Assembly (NCBI GenBank): GCA_021204845.1
Contig: JAJPYT010000023.1
Coordinates: 1-51,804, forward strand
Reading direction: 5' to 3'
DNA: 51,804 nucleotides
Source of the DNA: Prevotellaceae bacterium
GTDB taxonomy: Bacteria > Bacteroidota > Bacteroidia > Bacteroidales > Bacteroidaceae
Below are positions 34,056 to 43,295 of the stretch, one piece after another. The translations under genes and the position numbers were made by a program. The notes beneath the pieces were generated by a model that saw nothing but the letters and a program-made list of their open reading frames with translations, did not search any database and was not told the DNA's origin. Every line of letters starts with the position of its first letter. Position 1 is the stretch's first letter.

Positions 34056-34842
34056 CTATTTTGCCGTCTGCCACAAGGAAAATTGCCGGCACGCCTCTCA
34101 CAGCGTAGGCTTTTGCCAAGTCGCCGTTCCAGTGTATGCTGTCGATGTCTAATGCCACAAGGCGAGTAGCAGGGTGCGAACTCAGATATTCCGTGATATG
34201 CGGCCATTCGGCTTTGCAGTCGGGGCACCAAGTGGCGTGGAATACCACCAGTGTAGAATCACCCAAGTCAACCCCCTCAATGGGCGGTGCGTAGCAACCA
34301 GGGTGAATGTTTCGCATCTCCTCTATAGTGGTGTCCAGCTCGTCGATATAGGGGTGCTTGGTCAGTGTTATTCTCTTTCTCAATAGCACAAGGCTGTCGT
34401 AGGGCAAGGTTTGCGTCATGAGGCGTGCCGCGATGTAAGCTGTCACGGGGCTGTCGGCATGCCGGGCAATGAGCGTGTCAGCGTCGAAATCTGTTGCCAG
34501 GGTCTGTTGTAGCAGCGAGTTGATGGCAGAGTTTTGTGTCGTTATGCCGCCACCTGGCCAAAGCTGCATGTGCAGTGTGTCGCCGTCTGGCAGGAAAGTG
34601 GCAGGATGTCTGTCCTTCCGTTTCTCCGATATGCCGTAGACAAGATTCTTTTTCATCTTCCCATGCCACAGAAACTGCCCGTCACGTGTTTGCAGGGAAT
34701 CGAGAAGGCTGAAGCCGAGGTCGTCATAGAGAGTGATGTAGAGCGTCGTGTCGGTGCCGTTCCATCTGCCCTCCACTGTCGTGCGCTTGCATCCGCAGAC
34801 CAGCAGCGAGGCAAGCAGCAGTGTGAGTGGATATCGTATCAT
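34039..34842 (-). CDS. Thioredoxin-fold (TlpA/AhpC-like) lipoprotein
   Basis: The lipobox is LLASLLVCGC and the redox motif is WCPDC. The start is taken at ATG 34842, which forms an ATGA overlap with the upstream gene. The track ORF extension to 35244 is Arg/Pro-rich and overlaps the TPR gene. Confidence 0.7.
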   Translation of the reverse strand: MIRYPLTLLLASLLVCGCKRTTVEGRWNGTDTTLYITLYDDLGFSLLDSLQTRDGQFLWHGKMKKNLVYGISEKRKDRHPATFLPDGDTLHMQLWPGGGITTQNSAINSLLQQTLATDFDADTLIARHADSPVTAYIAARLMTQTLPYDSLVLLRKRITLTKHPYIDELDTTIEEMRNIHPGCYAPPIEGVDLGDSTLVVFHATWCPDCKAEWPHITEYLSSHPATRLVALDIDSIHWNGDLAKAYAVRGVPAIFLVADGKIVRTGL

Positions 34843-36947
34843 AAATAGCTGGCTATAATGTCGTGTATAAGGAAAATGTCGCTCTGCGAGACTCCCAGCC
34901 TCAGGAGCGTGGCAGCGTCTTGGTCGAAGGGGGCGAGAGGGTCTTTCACGTTGCGATGGCTTGCCACGTAGGCAAAGACGTACTTTCTGTAGAGTTCGAG
35001 AGCCTCGCGTGTGTTGCCTTCCAGCCACTCCGTGTGGGCGCAGTTGAGGCAGTCTTCCCAGTTTGCCTTTTCGGGCTTCTCCTCCAGCAGGTGGTGGTAG
35101 TAGCGGTGGGCGAGGGGCAGGTCTTTCATTTGCAGGGCGCACCACGCCACGCTGCGCATTGAGGGCACCACTCTGCGGTTGGTGAGCTCCAGCCTGAAGA
35201 ACTTGTTTTGCGCTTCCTTCCATCGCTTCAGTTGCATCAGGCACAAGCCAGTTTCCACCAGCGTGTTCTCATCGTCGGGGAGGAGGTTCTCCAGTTCTTG
35301 CAGACAGTCTAATTGCGCCTCATAGTCTCCAAGTTGGGCGAAGCACTTGTGCAGCCTCTCCCAATAAGTCTTGTTGTCGGGTTCCAGCAGCGTCGCCTGT
35401 CTCAGGTAATTAGCCGCCTGGCGCAAATTCCCCGTTTTCTTCTCGCACTTGGCGAGGCTGGCAAAGAGACGCGCGCTTCCGCCCTCCAGCTTCAGCAACT
35501 GCAACAGATGGTTTTTCGCCTCTTTTGGGTTATCGTAACGCAAGCAAGTCTTGCCCACCTCACGCAGATATTTGCCGCTCTTTTGCACACATTCCTTTAA
35601 TATGGGATTGGATAGAAACAACATCTGCCCTGAGAATATTGAGGGCCAGCCCGATTTCCAAGGCGAGTTACGCAGAAGGCGCGAGAGGCACAGAATCACG
35701 TTATGGTAGACATCTTCTGTGGATTTGTGCGTTTCTGTGGGCAGTTCATCTCCATTTTCCTGCAATTGTTTTATTATGTGCTGTTGCAGGGCAGCTTCAT
35801 CGCTCTGGTCTTTATATTCCGCGAACAGATAAAAATAGAAAGAATGCTTGTCGGAGTCGCACATTTTCATCCTGTCTGCCAGTGCCGCGATTAGTTTGTG
35901 TTTGCTCGACTTGAAGGGCAGGAACCAGTGGCAGGGCTCTTTGAAGAAAGGGTAGTTCTTCATCGGGCCGAACACCTCTATGTTGAGGTCCACACCGTCG
36001 TTTATCATATCGTATATGGCCTTGCAGCTATTGCGCAAGTCCGAAAGCGTCTTCTCGTTCATCTTGTTCGTAGCTTCAAGCATTTCGTCCTCGTCTGGTT
36101 GACTGTCAGCGGGGTCAAAGCCCAGCTTTTTGCGGAATTCATTAGATGCTTTCTTTATGTTGGGGAAAATCTCGCGGTTCAGTTTCTCGCTTATTTTGTG
36201 AGAGGCATTGTGGATGCAGAAGTCGTGCTGCACTATGGCCATCTCGTCTATCAGGTCGAGCGAGCGGAATTTCTCAGCCGTCTCGGGGTAGAACTGTATG
36301 TAATAGCTGTATAGCTGGCAGCTGACACAGGCACCAAGCAAAGCCCGCGAGCGCAGGTTTATGTCGTCGGAGCCGCAATATTTGAGCAGGAGGTTAAGTT
36401 TCTCGTTGTCGAAGTATTCCAGCAGCGAGAGCGTGATGGCGCTCAGGAAATAAGCCGCGTCACCGTCTTCTTCGCTTTCGGCGAGCAGGTCTGCCAGAAT
36501 GGTCTTGCTGTCGGTGGTCAGTTGCGGTGAGGTCCATATAAGGTTGAAAGTGGCGTCTACCAGGTTAAATTGCTCCTCTTTGTGCAATGCGTTGATAGCG
36601 TCTGCCACACCGTCGTCCCAGTGAGCTTGATATTTTTGCCACGTTTTGCAATATATGTCTCTCTCGGTTCTCAGGCGGAACAGGCGTTTGGCGTTTTGCA
36701 GCACGCCTATGGTTTGCTGTATCAGGCGCATGTGCTGGTGGCTGCGGCTGCTGTCCTCGCCTGCCTGCCGCATGAAATTCAACAGGCGGTCATAGTCTGC
36801 GTTTATTTTTTCCCTTGTCTCGCTTAATTGGTTGTCGCCCACGGCATTGGTGAGAGTGGTAAGCATAGCCAAGGCATCGTAGAGCCTGCCTTGTGTTATC
36901 AGGCTTTTGGTCTGCGCCGCCATTTGGGTAAACAGAGTCTCGTTCAT
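34839..36947 (-). CDS. Tetratricopeptide-repeat protein, function unknown (702 aa)
   Basis: The C-terminal half has TPR-like repeats (AANYLRQATLLEPDNKTYWERLHKCFAQLGDYEAQL...). Confidence 0.6.
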   Translation of the reverse strand: MNETLFTQMAAQTKSLITQGRLYDALAMLTTLTNAVGDNQLSETREKINADYDRLLNFMRQAGEDSSRSHQHMRLIQQTIGVLQNAKRLFRLRTERDIYCKTWQKYQAHWDDGVADAINALHKEEQFNLVDATFNLIWTSPQLTTDSKTILADLLAESEEDGDAAYFLSAITLSLLEYFDNEKLNLLLKYCGSDDINLRSRALLGACVSCQLYSYYIQFYPETAEKFRSLDLIDEMAIVQHDFCIHNASHKISEKLNREIFPNIKKASNEFRKKLGFDPADSQPDEDEMLEATNKMNEKTLSDLRNSCKAIYDMINDGVDLNIEVFGPMKNYPFFKEPCHWFLPFKSSKHKLIAALADRMKMCDSDKHSFYFYLFAEYKDQSDEAALQQHIIKQLQENGDELPTETHKSTEDVYHNVILCLSRLLRNSPWKSGWPSIFSGQMLFLSNPILKECVQKSGKYLREVGKTCLRYDNPKEAKNHLLQLLKLEGGSARLFASLAKCEKKTGNLRQAANYLRQATLLEPDNKTYWERLHKCFAQLGDYEAQLDCLQELENLLPDDENTLVETGLCLMQLKRWKEAQNKFFRLELTNRRVVPSMRSVAWCALQMKDLPLAHRYYHHLLEEKPEKANWEDCLNCAHTEWLEGNTREALELYRKYVFAYVASHRNVKDPLAPFDQDAATLLRLGVSQSDIFLIHDIIASYL

Positions 36948-36976
36948 AGTCTATTCTCTCTTATGGGTTAGTTGCT

Positions 36977-37891
36977 TTATCTTGCCTGCATGAAGCGTTG
37001 CGTTATCCAGTCGGAGGCTGTTTTCCTGTTTTCTTCCGACGGTTCTGTCATTGGTTTCAGCTTTGGCAGTCGCAGAGTGTCTATTATGTCATCGGTAAGT
37101 CCGTAGTTCTCGCTCAGGATGGCTCTCAGATTGTCCACGTCGGGTTTCGTGTTCAGTTCCTTCACGGCTCTGGCGTATGCTTTCACAAACAGTTTCTCCT
37201 GCCTTTGGCTTAGGCTGTTCGTTTCAGGGATAGGCAGGGCGGCAAAGCAGTTGAAGCCGCTCACACTGTCAGGCGTCTTGAATATTTGCAGCTCTCCAGC
37301 CATGCGCGCCACGGTGGCGTAGGGTTCGGGCAGAAGTGCGGCGTCCACCAGATGAGTGGTGAGCATCAGCGTGCGTAGCTGTATGTCGTTCACCTGCGGG
37401 CGGTAGATGTCCGTCAGCTCCATGTCGCCCAGCTCTGTTATGCGGTCGCTCCAGTAGTCGGCGTTGCTGAAGCGGTCTATGGCAAGCATGTTACCCTTCA
37501 TCTGCTTCAGGTTTCTTATTCTCTTGTTGCGTGCTGTCAGCAGATACAGCTTTTCCGCCATCTCGCCCACCACACGCAACGTGTCGCTGTCTCGGCGCTC
37601 CATTATTTCCAGTCGTGTCAGGCTGCAGTGACCCATCTGTGTGCGTCGCCGCAGCAGGGCGGTGTCAATATCCATTTGTGAGAGATATTCCGTCAGCGTC
37701 ACCTTCACGCCCGTTGAGTCGAAAAGCCCCATGCGGTCGGCGTAGTAGACTGGCAGGCAGTCAAGCGTGGGCATTACAGCGACTTGCAGGGGCTGTTCCT
37801 CCAGCGTGTCACTGTCAGAAAGTTTGGCCCCCCGCTTAGCGCAGGAGGCCAACAAAGGTATAATCGCTATTATCCAGGCGAGATGTCTCAT
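36977..37891 (-). CDS. Lipoprotein resembling NMT1/SsuA-type periplasmic substrate-binding proteins
   Basis: The lipobox is IPLLASC. The segment [16 protein letters not shown] is typical of this SBP fold. The call is tentative. Confidence 0.4.
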   Translation of the reverse strand: MRHLAWIIAIIPLLASCAKRGAKLSDSDTLEEQPLQVAVMPTLDCLPVYYADRMGLFDSTGVKVTLTEYLSQMDIDTALLRRRTQMGHCSLTRLEIMERRDSDTLRVVGEMAEKLYLLTARNKRIRNLKQMKGNMLAIDRFSNADYWSDRITELGDMELTDIYRPQVNDIQLRTLMLTTHLVDAALLPEPYATVARMAGELQIFKTPDSVSGFNCFAALPIPETNSLSQRQEKLFVKAYARAVKELNTKPDVDNLRAILSENYGLTDDIIDTLRLPKLKPMTEPSEENRKTASDWITQRFMQAR

Positions 37892-39138
37892 TCTCCCTTA
37901 ATCGCTGCCACACCGGGAAGCACTTTTCCCTCTATGGCCTCCAGCAGTGCGCCACCGCCAGTGGAGATGTATGAAACCTTGTCCTCAAGACCAAACTTGT
38001 GCACGCATGCAACAGAGTCGCCACCGCCTATCAGCGAGAAGGCGCCTTCCTTTGTGGCTGCTGCCACTGCCTCGCCCACTGCGCGGCTGCCCGAGCAGAA
38101 GTTGTCGAACTCAAACACACCTGCAGGTCCGTTCCACAGAATGGTCTTTGCTCCCTTTATGGTCTCCACGAACTTCTTCTGAGTCTCTGGACCAACATCC
38201 AGTCCTTCCCAGCCTTCGGGTATAGCGTCGGAGGGGAATATCTTCTGGTTAGCGTCGTTAGAGAAGCTGTCGGCGCAGATGGAGTCAGTGCCCAGCACCA
38301 GCTCAACGCCGTTCTTCTTTGCCAGCTCTTCCACGCCAAGGGCAACGTCCAGCTTGTCCAGCTCAACTATAGAACCGCCAATCTCGCCACCGTGAGCCTT
38401 CATGAATGTGTATGTCATGCCGCCACAAAGGATAAGCTTGTCCACCTTGCCAAGCAAGTTCTCTATGATGCCAATCTTTGATGAGACCTTCGAACCGCCC
38501 ATGATAGCCACGAAGGGGCGCTTGATGTCGGAGAGTACATTTTCTACAGCCTTCACCTCTTTCTCCATCAGGAAGCCTAACATCTTGTCGTCCTTGCCGA
38601 AATAGTCAGCTATCACGGCTGTGGATGCATGCTTGCGGTGAGCTGTTCCGAAAGCGTCCATTACGTAGCAGTCTGCGTATGAAGCCAGCGTCTTAGCGAA
38701 TTCCTTCTGCTTCGCTTTCATTTCCTTCTTGGCGGCGTCGTAGTTGGGATCTGTCTTCTCTATGCCCACGGGCTTGCCTTCCTCCTCGGCGTAGAAGCGC
38801 AGGTTCTCAAGCAACAGAGCCTCGCCTGGCTTCAGGGCGGCTGCCTGGTCGGCTGCCTTTGCGCAGTCAGGAGCGAAAGCCACGGGAGCGCCTAAAGCCG
38901 CTGCCACAGCGTCCTTTATCTGGCTAAGAGAGAGCTTCGGGTTCACCTTGCCTTTCGGCTTGCCCATGTGGCTCATAATTATCAGAGCGCCGCCCTGTGC
39001 CAGTATATGCTTCAGGGTGGGCATGGCGCCACGTATGCGGGTGTCGTCCGTTATTTCTCCATTCTCATTCAGGGGGACATTAAAGTCCACACGCACGATG
39101 GCCTTCTTGCCAGCAAAATTGTAGTCTTTGATAGTCAT
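37888..39138 (-). CDS. pgk: Phosphoglycerate kinase
   Basis: Diagnostic segments are [22 protein letters not shown] and GGGDSVA. The start is taken at ATG 39138 (MTIKDYNF). Confidence 0.95.
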   Translation of the reverse strand: MTIKDYNFAGKKAIVRVDFNVPLNENGEITDDTRIRGAMPTLKHILAQGGALIIMSHMGKPKGKVNPKLSLSQIKDAVAAALGAPVAFAPDCAKAADQAAALKPGEALLLENLRFYAEEEGKPVGIEKTDPNYDAAKKEMKAKQKEFAKTLASYADCYVMDAFGTAHRKHASTAVIADYFGKDDKMLGFLMEKEVKAVENVLSDIKRPFVAIMGGSKVSSKIGIIENLLGKVDKLILCGGMTYTFMKAHGGEIGGSIVELDKLDVALGVEELAKKNGVELVLGTDSICADSFSNDANQKIFPSDAIPEGWEGLDVGPETQKKFVETIKGAKTILWNGPAGVFEFDNFCSGSRAVGEAVAAATKEGAFSLIGGGDSVACVHKFGLEDKVSYISTGGGALLEAIEGKVLPGVAAIKGE

Positions 39139-39187
39139 AGCTCTTATCAGTTTTAAAGTTGTACTAATCTCGGGGTACAAAGATAGT

Positions 39188-39195
39188 GCAAGTAA
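39188..39195 (-). promoter_or_regulatory. -7 box TATCTTTG within a degenerate copy of the promoter module
   Basis: The minus strand reads gaagaaaaaagaatttgctcttgttttctattgttacttgcacTATCTTTG. Compare 29415-29468. Confidence 0.5.
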
Positions 39196-39322
39196 CAATA
39201 GAAAACAAGAGCAAATTCTTTTTTCTTCGGACTTTAGAACGAAGAAAGGAAGAAACGAGAATCATCACGTGTCTCCACTTGGTAAGAGGGTATATCAAAA
39301 TAACAAATCGCAAGCAGTCTGG

Positions 39323-39446
39323 GGCTGTGTCAAAATGAAATCCACAAGCAGTCCGAGTGGCGGAGCCACTTCACCAAGGCGTATGAGGCTGTGTCAAAAT
39401 GAGAAAACGCAAGCGATCCGAGTGGCAGAGCCACTCCACAAGGTTA
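39323..39446. repeat. Two tandem 64-nt units, with a partial third upstream at about 39305
   Basis: Unit 1 (39323-39386) and unit 2 (39387-39446) both read ggctgtgtcaaaatga..caagc..tccgagtggc.gagccact.cac.aagg. Each unit contains a 6-bp hairpin, agtggc-NNN-gccact. Confidence 0.75.
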
Positions 39447-39447
39447 G

Positions 39448-39470
39448 CCGCAGGCCTTCACGGCCTGCGG
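39448..39470. other. Perfect 9-bp hairpin ccgcaggcc-ttcac-ggcctgcgg
   Basis: The arms are exact reverse complements. Confidence 0.8.
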
Positions 39471-39489
39471 ATGAGGCACGCAGTGCCGA

Positions 39490-39560
39490 TGAGTGCCAGA
39501 GGTACTCAAGATATTAAGCTTGTATGTGTTAGCAGGTATGTTGAGTACCTCTGGCACTCA
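39490..39560. other. Perfect 20-bp inverted repeat around a 31-nt loop
   Basis: Arm tgagtgccagaggtactcaa (39490-39509) pairs exactly with ttgagtacctctggcactca (39541-39560). Confidence 0.85.
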
Positions 39561-39579
39561 CTCCCTTCTCGTTTCTTTA

Positions 39580-39602
39580 CCGAGGGCCATGAAGGCCCTC
39601 GG
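39580..39602. other. Perfect 9-bp hairpin ccgagggcc-atgaa-ggccctcgg
   Basis: The arms are exact reverse complements. It has the same CCGnnGGCC-N5-GGCCnnCGG form as 39448-39470. Confidence 0.8.
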
Positions 39603-39613
39603 CTACCCATGTG

Positions 39614-39630
39614 GAGCGCCTCTGGCGCTC
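39614..39630. other. Perfect 7-bp hairpin gagcgcc-tct-ggcgctc
   Basis: The arms are exact reverse complements. Confidence 0.7.
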
Positions 39631-39818
39631 AGACCGCTTGCGAACGGCGAAGCCCTCATCGAAGATAATTCTTTGTGGCATCACGCTAAAATCTGTATGG
39701 TGACGAGGCTTAGTTCGTGCAGTGACCAGCCCCAATGCGGCAACTGGGTCTGAGAAAAAGAGAAACAAATTTCGCAGATTGGATAATTCTTTGTACTTTT
39801 ACGCCCCGATCTGAGCTG

Positions 39819-42800
39819 ATGGAGATAAGGGAACTGCTGAAGACCTATCGGGCGCATCCTGCTGCCCGGGCTCTTGGAAAGGCATTGCAGAACGGCAAGT
39901 GCCGAAATATTCACTTAGAGGGAGCGCTCGCTTCCTCCGCTCCTCTTGTGTTCGCGGCGCTCGCTGAGGCTGGTAAAACCCCAGTAGCTCCATTGCTTTT
40001 CGTGCTGGACGACAGCGAGGAAGCGGGCTATTTCTACCATGATCTCTCTGGACTTCTCGACGAGCGGCGCGTGCTGTTCTTCCCCAGCTCCTACAAACGC
40101 GAGGTGCGCTTCGGGCAAGTGGACGCGGCAAACCAGATATTGCGCACCGAGGCGCTGAGCCGCATAGCCGCAGATGACTCCCCCTTGCTGGTGGTCAGTT
40201 GCCCCGAGGGAATTGGCGAACTGGTGGTGAGCCGCCGCCAGCTCGATGAACGAACTATTACACTAAGGACTGGCGAACACGCCGTCATTGCCGCACTGGA
40301 GCGCGAGATGGCGGACTTTGGCATGCAACGCGTAGACTACGTGTATGAGCCTGGGCAGTTTGCCGTGAGGGGCAGCATAGTGGATGTGTTCAGCTTCTCT
40401 TCGGAATACCCTTTCCGCATCGACTTCCTTGACGACAAGATAGACAGTCTGCGCACTTTCGACGTTCAGACACAGCTTTCGGTCTCACGCTTGGACGAGG
40501 TGACCATAGTGCCGCAGATAAACCTTGGCGACACCACGAGCGAGAGTTTCTTCGACTTCCTGCCAAAGGACACTGTGCTGGTGGTGAAGAGCCGCCAGTT
40601 CGTCTGTGAAAGGGTGGGGCAGATATTTTCGACTGGCTTCTCTGCGCAGGCGCAGACGGAAAGGGAGGCGGCTGGCGAGACTGGCACATTTGAGCGCGAG
40701 CGCCTGTTGCTCACGGGGGAGCGGTGCGATAGTCAGACAGCGAGATTCCGCACCGTGAGCCTAAGTAACGCAAGGGAGGAGGAGAGTGACGCTGTGATAA
40801 GAATGGACATTACTGCGCAGCCCGTATTTCACAAAAACTTCGACCTGCTGAAAACCACGCTGGAGGACTATCTCTCCCGCGGCTACAAACTGCACATACT
40901 GGCAGACTCGATGAAGCAGAACGAGCGTCTGCAAAATATATTAGACAGCTACGAGGCTGGCATCACGTTCACTCCTGTGGGAAAAACGCTGCACGAGGGC
41001 TTTGCCGACAACACGCTGAAGCTTTGCTATTTCACCGACCACCAGATATTCGACCGCTTCCACAAATACAACCTCCGCAGCGACAAGGCACGCACGGGCA
41101 AGATGTCGCTCACGCTGAAGGAGTTGCAACAATTTTCATACGGTGACTATGTGGTGCACGTGGACCACGGCATAGGGCGCTTCGGAGGCTTGGTGAACGT
41201 GCCGGAGAACGGGCAGACGCAGGAAAAGATAAAGATTATTTATCAGAACGAAGACGTTGTGTTTGTCTCAATCCATGCCTTGCACAAGGTGAGCAAATAC
41301 AAGGGAAAGGAGGGCGAGGCTCCCCACATAAGCAAGCTGGGCACCGGGGCGTGGGAAAGGATGAAGGAACGCACGAAGACGAAGATAAAGGACATCGCGC
41401 GAGACCTGATAAAACTTTACGCCCAGAGGCAGAGCGAGCACGGCTTCCAGTTCTCGCCCGACGGCTATCTGCAAGCGGAGCTGGAGGCTTCCTTCCCCTA
41501 CGAGGACACGCCCGACCAGGCACTTGCCTACAACAACGTGAAGGCAGACATGGAGAAGCAGAAACCCATGGACCGCCTGGTGTGTGGCGACGTGGGCTTC
41601 GGCAAGACGGAAGTAGCTATCCGCACGGCTTTCAAGGCTTGCGTCGACGGCAAGCAGGTAGCTGTGCTGGTGCCTACCACGGTGCTGGCGTTCCAGCACT
41701 TCCGCACCTTCAGTGAGCGGCTTAAGGATTTTCCCGTGCGCATCGACTATCTCTCACGGGCAAAGACAGCGAAGAAAGCGACCGAGGTGCTGAAAGACTT
41801 GGAGGAGGGCAGGATAAACATAATAATAGGAACGCACAAGCTGATTGGCAAAACAGTGAAGTTCAAGGACCTCGGGCTGCTGATAATAGACGAGGAGCAG
41901 AAGTTTGGGGTGAGCACGAAGGAGAAGCTGCGCCAGTTGCGCACCAACGTGGATACGCTCACCCTTACCGCCACTCCCATACCTCGCACCTTGCAGTTCA
42001 GCCTGATGGGGGCGCGCGACCTTAGTGTGATACAGACCCCACCGCCCAACCGCTACCCGATACAGACGGAAGTTCACACCTTCGACCCACAGATAATAGC
42101 CGACGCCATAAACTTCGAGATGAGCCGAAACGGGCAGGTGTTCATAGTGAACAACCACATAAGCAACCTGCCCGAGCTGGAGGAGCTGGTGCACAAATAT
42201 GTGCCCGACGCGCGGGTGGCTGTGGGTCACGGCCGCATGCCCACCGAAGAGTTGGAGCAAACCATTCTGGCTTTCTGCAACTACGACTATGACGTGCTAA
42301 TCTCTACCACTATTATAGAAAATGGTATAGATATCCCGAACGCCAACACAATAATAATAAACGCGGCGCAAAACTTCGGGCTGAGCGACCTGCACCAGAT
42401 GCGCGGGCGCGTGGGGCGTTCCAACCGCAAGGCTTTCTGCTATCTGCTGGCTCCGCCGCTCAGCTCGCTCACCCCAGAGGCTCGCCGTCGCTTGCAAGCC
42501 ATAGAGAACTTCTCCGACCTTGGGAGCGGCATATACATTGCCATGCAAGACCTCGACATTCGCGGTGCCGGCAATCTGCTGGGAGCTGAACAGAGCGGTT
42601 TCATAGCCGACCTTGGCTATGAGACATACCAAAAGATATTGGCCGAGGCTGTGTGTGAACTGAAGAACGACGAGTTTGCCGACCTCTATGCCACCACTGA
42701 AGCGGAGGCGGGGGGCGAGGAATTCGTGAATGAATGCCAGTTAGACAGCGATATCCCAATGAGCTTTCCCGACGATTATGTGCCTGGCAGCGGCGAGAGA

Positions 42801-43190
42801 ATGCTGCTCTACCGCGAGTTGGACGGTCTGCATGACGATGCCCAGATAGAGGCTTTCCGCCAGCGGATGCAGGACAGATTCGGTCCTATCCCCGAAGAGG
42901 GCGAGGAACTTATCCGGGTGGTTACGCTGCGCAGGCTTGGGAAGTATTTCGGAGCGGAACGGATAGTGCTGAAAGGTGGCACAATGCGCCTCTTCTTTGT
43001 GCAGAATCCCGCGAGCGCCTTCTTCCGCGGACAGTCGTTCGGGCAAATCATATCCTTTGCCACGTCTAACGCCCACCGTTGTCGTTTTGAAGAGAAAAAC
43101 ATGCAGCGCAGCATGGCTGTCTCGTCTGTGCCCTCCGTCACAAAAGCTGTGGCTCTGCTGCGGCATATACAGTCTTTAAAAGCTGTATAA
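39819..43190 (+). CDS. mfd: Transcription-repair coupling factor
   Basis: Motifs are the CarD-like segment YVVHVDHGIGRF, the helicase motifs DVGFGKTEVA and IIDEEQKFG, HGRM and RGRVGRS. The start is taken at ATG 39819 (MEIRELL). Confidence 0.95.
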   Translation: MEIRELLKTYRAHPAARALGKALQNGKCRNIHLEGALASSAPLVFAALAEAGKTPVAPLLFVLDDSEEAGYFYHDLSGLLDERRVLFFPSSYKREVRFGQVDAANQILRTEALSRIAADDSPLLVVSCPEGIGELVVSRRQLDERTITLRTGEHAVIAALEREMADFGMQRVDYVYEPGQFAVRGSIVDVFSFSSEYPFRIDFLDDKIDSLRTFDVQTQLSVSRLDEVTIVPQINLGDTTSESFFDFLPKDTVLVVKSRQFVCERVGQIFSTGFSAQAQTEREAAGETGTFERERLLLTGERCDSQTARFRTVSLSNAREEESDAVIRMDITAQPVFHKNFDLLKTTLEDYLSRGYKLHILADSMKQNERLQNILDSYEAGITFTPVGKTLHEGFADNTLKLCYFTDHQIFDRFHKYNLRSDKARTGKMSLTLKELQQFSYGDYVVHVDHGIGRFGGLVNVPENGQTQEKIKIIYQNEDVVFVSIHALHKVSKYKGKEGEAPHISKLGTGAWERMKERTKTKIKDIARDLIKLYAQRQSEHGFQFSPDGYLQAELEASFPYEDTPDQALAYNNVKADMEKQKPMDRLVCGDVGFGKTEVAIRTAFKACVDGKQVAVLVPTTVLAFQHFRTFSERLKDFPVRIDYLSRAKTAKKATEVLKDLEEGRINIIIGTHKLIGKTVKFKDLGLLIIDEEQKFGVSTKEKLRQLRTNVDTLTLTATPIPRTLQFSLMGARDLSVIQTPPPNRYPIQTEVHTFDPQIIADAINFEMSRNGQVFIVNNHISNLPELEELVHKYVPDARVAVGHGRMPTEELEQTILAFCNYDYDVLISTTIIENGIDIPNANTIIINAAQNFGLSDLHQMRGRVGRSNRKAFCYLLAPPLSSLTPEARRRLQAIENFSDLGSGIYIAMQDLDIRGAGNLLGAEQSGFIADLGYETYQKILAEAVCELKNDEFADLYATTEAEAGGEEFVNECQLDSDIPMSFPDDYVPGSGERMLLYRELDGLHDDAQIEAFRQRMQDRFGPIPEEGEELIRVVTLRRLGKYFGAERIVLKGGTMRLFFVQNPASAFFRGQSFGQIISFATSNAHRCRFEEKNMQRSMAVSSVPSVTKAVALLRHIQSLKAV

Positions 43191-43295
43191 GCCTGCGAAA
43201 CCCCTCCTGTATTGAAAAAACATTTGAAAACATTTGCACGAATGGGAAAAATGTATTAAAATTGTAACAATTAACCATTAAAAACATAAAAATCT

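Noticed and set aside
34843-35244. Upstream extension of the thioredoxin-fold lipoprotein ORF
   Set aside because: It overlaps the TPR gene and its composition is Arg/Pro/Gly-rich. The internal ATG at 34842 gives a canonical lipobox N-terminus and an ATGA junction.
39323-39446. Possible CRISPR array
   Set aside because: There are only two to three adjacent, imperfect 64-nt units with no intervening unique spacers. No cas genes are in the window.
39490-39560. Possible invertible promoter (inverton) flanked by the 20-bp inverted repeat
   Set aside because: The segment between the arms is only 31 nt and contains no TAnnTTTG box. No invertase or recombinase gene is nearby. A hairpin or palindromic element is the more economical reading.
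39128-39668. Two ORFs (129 aa and 89 aa, plus strand) inside the pgk-mfd spacer
   Set aside because: Their translations are Arg/Ser-rich and simply read through the tandem repeats and hairpins. I found no plausible start context or family resemblance, so I treat the region as non-coding.
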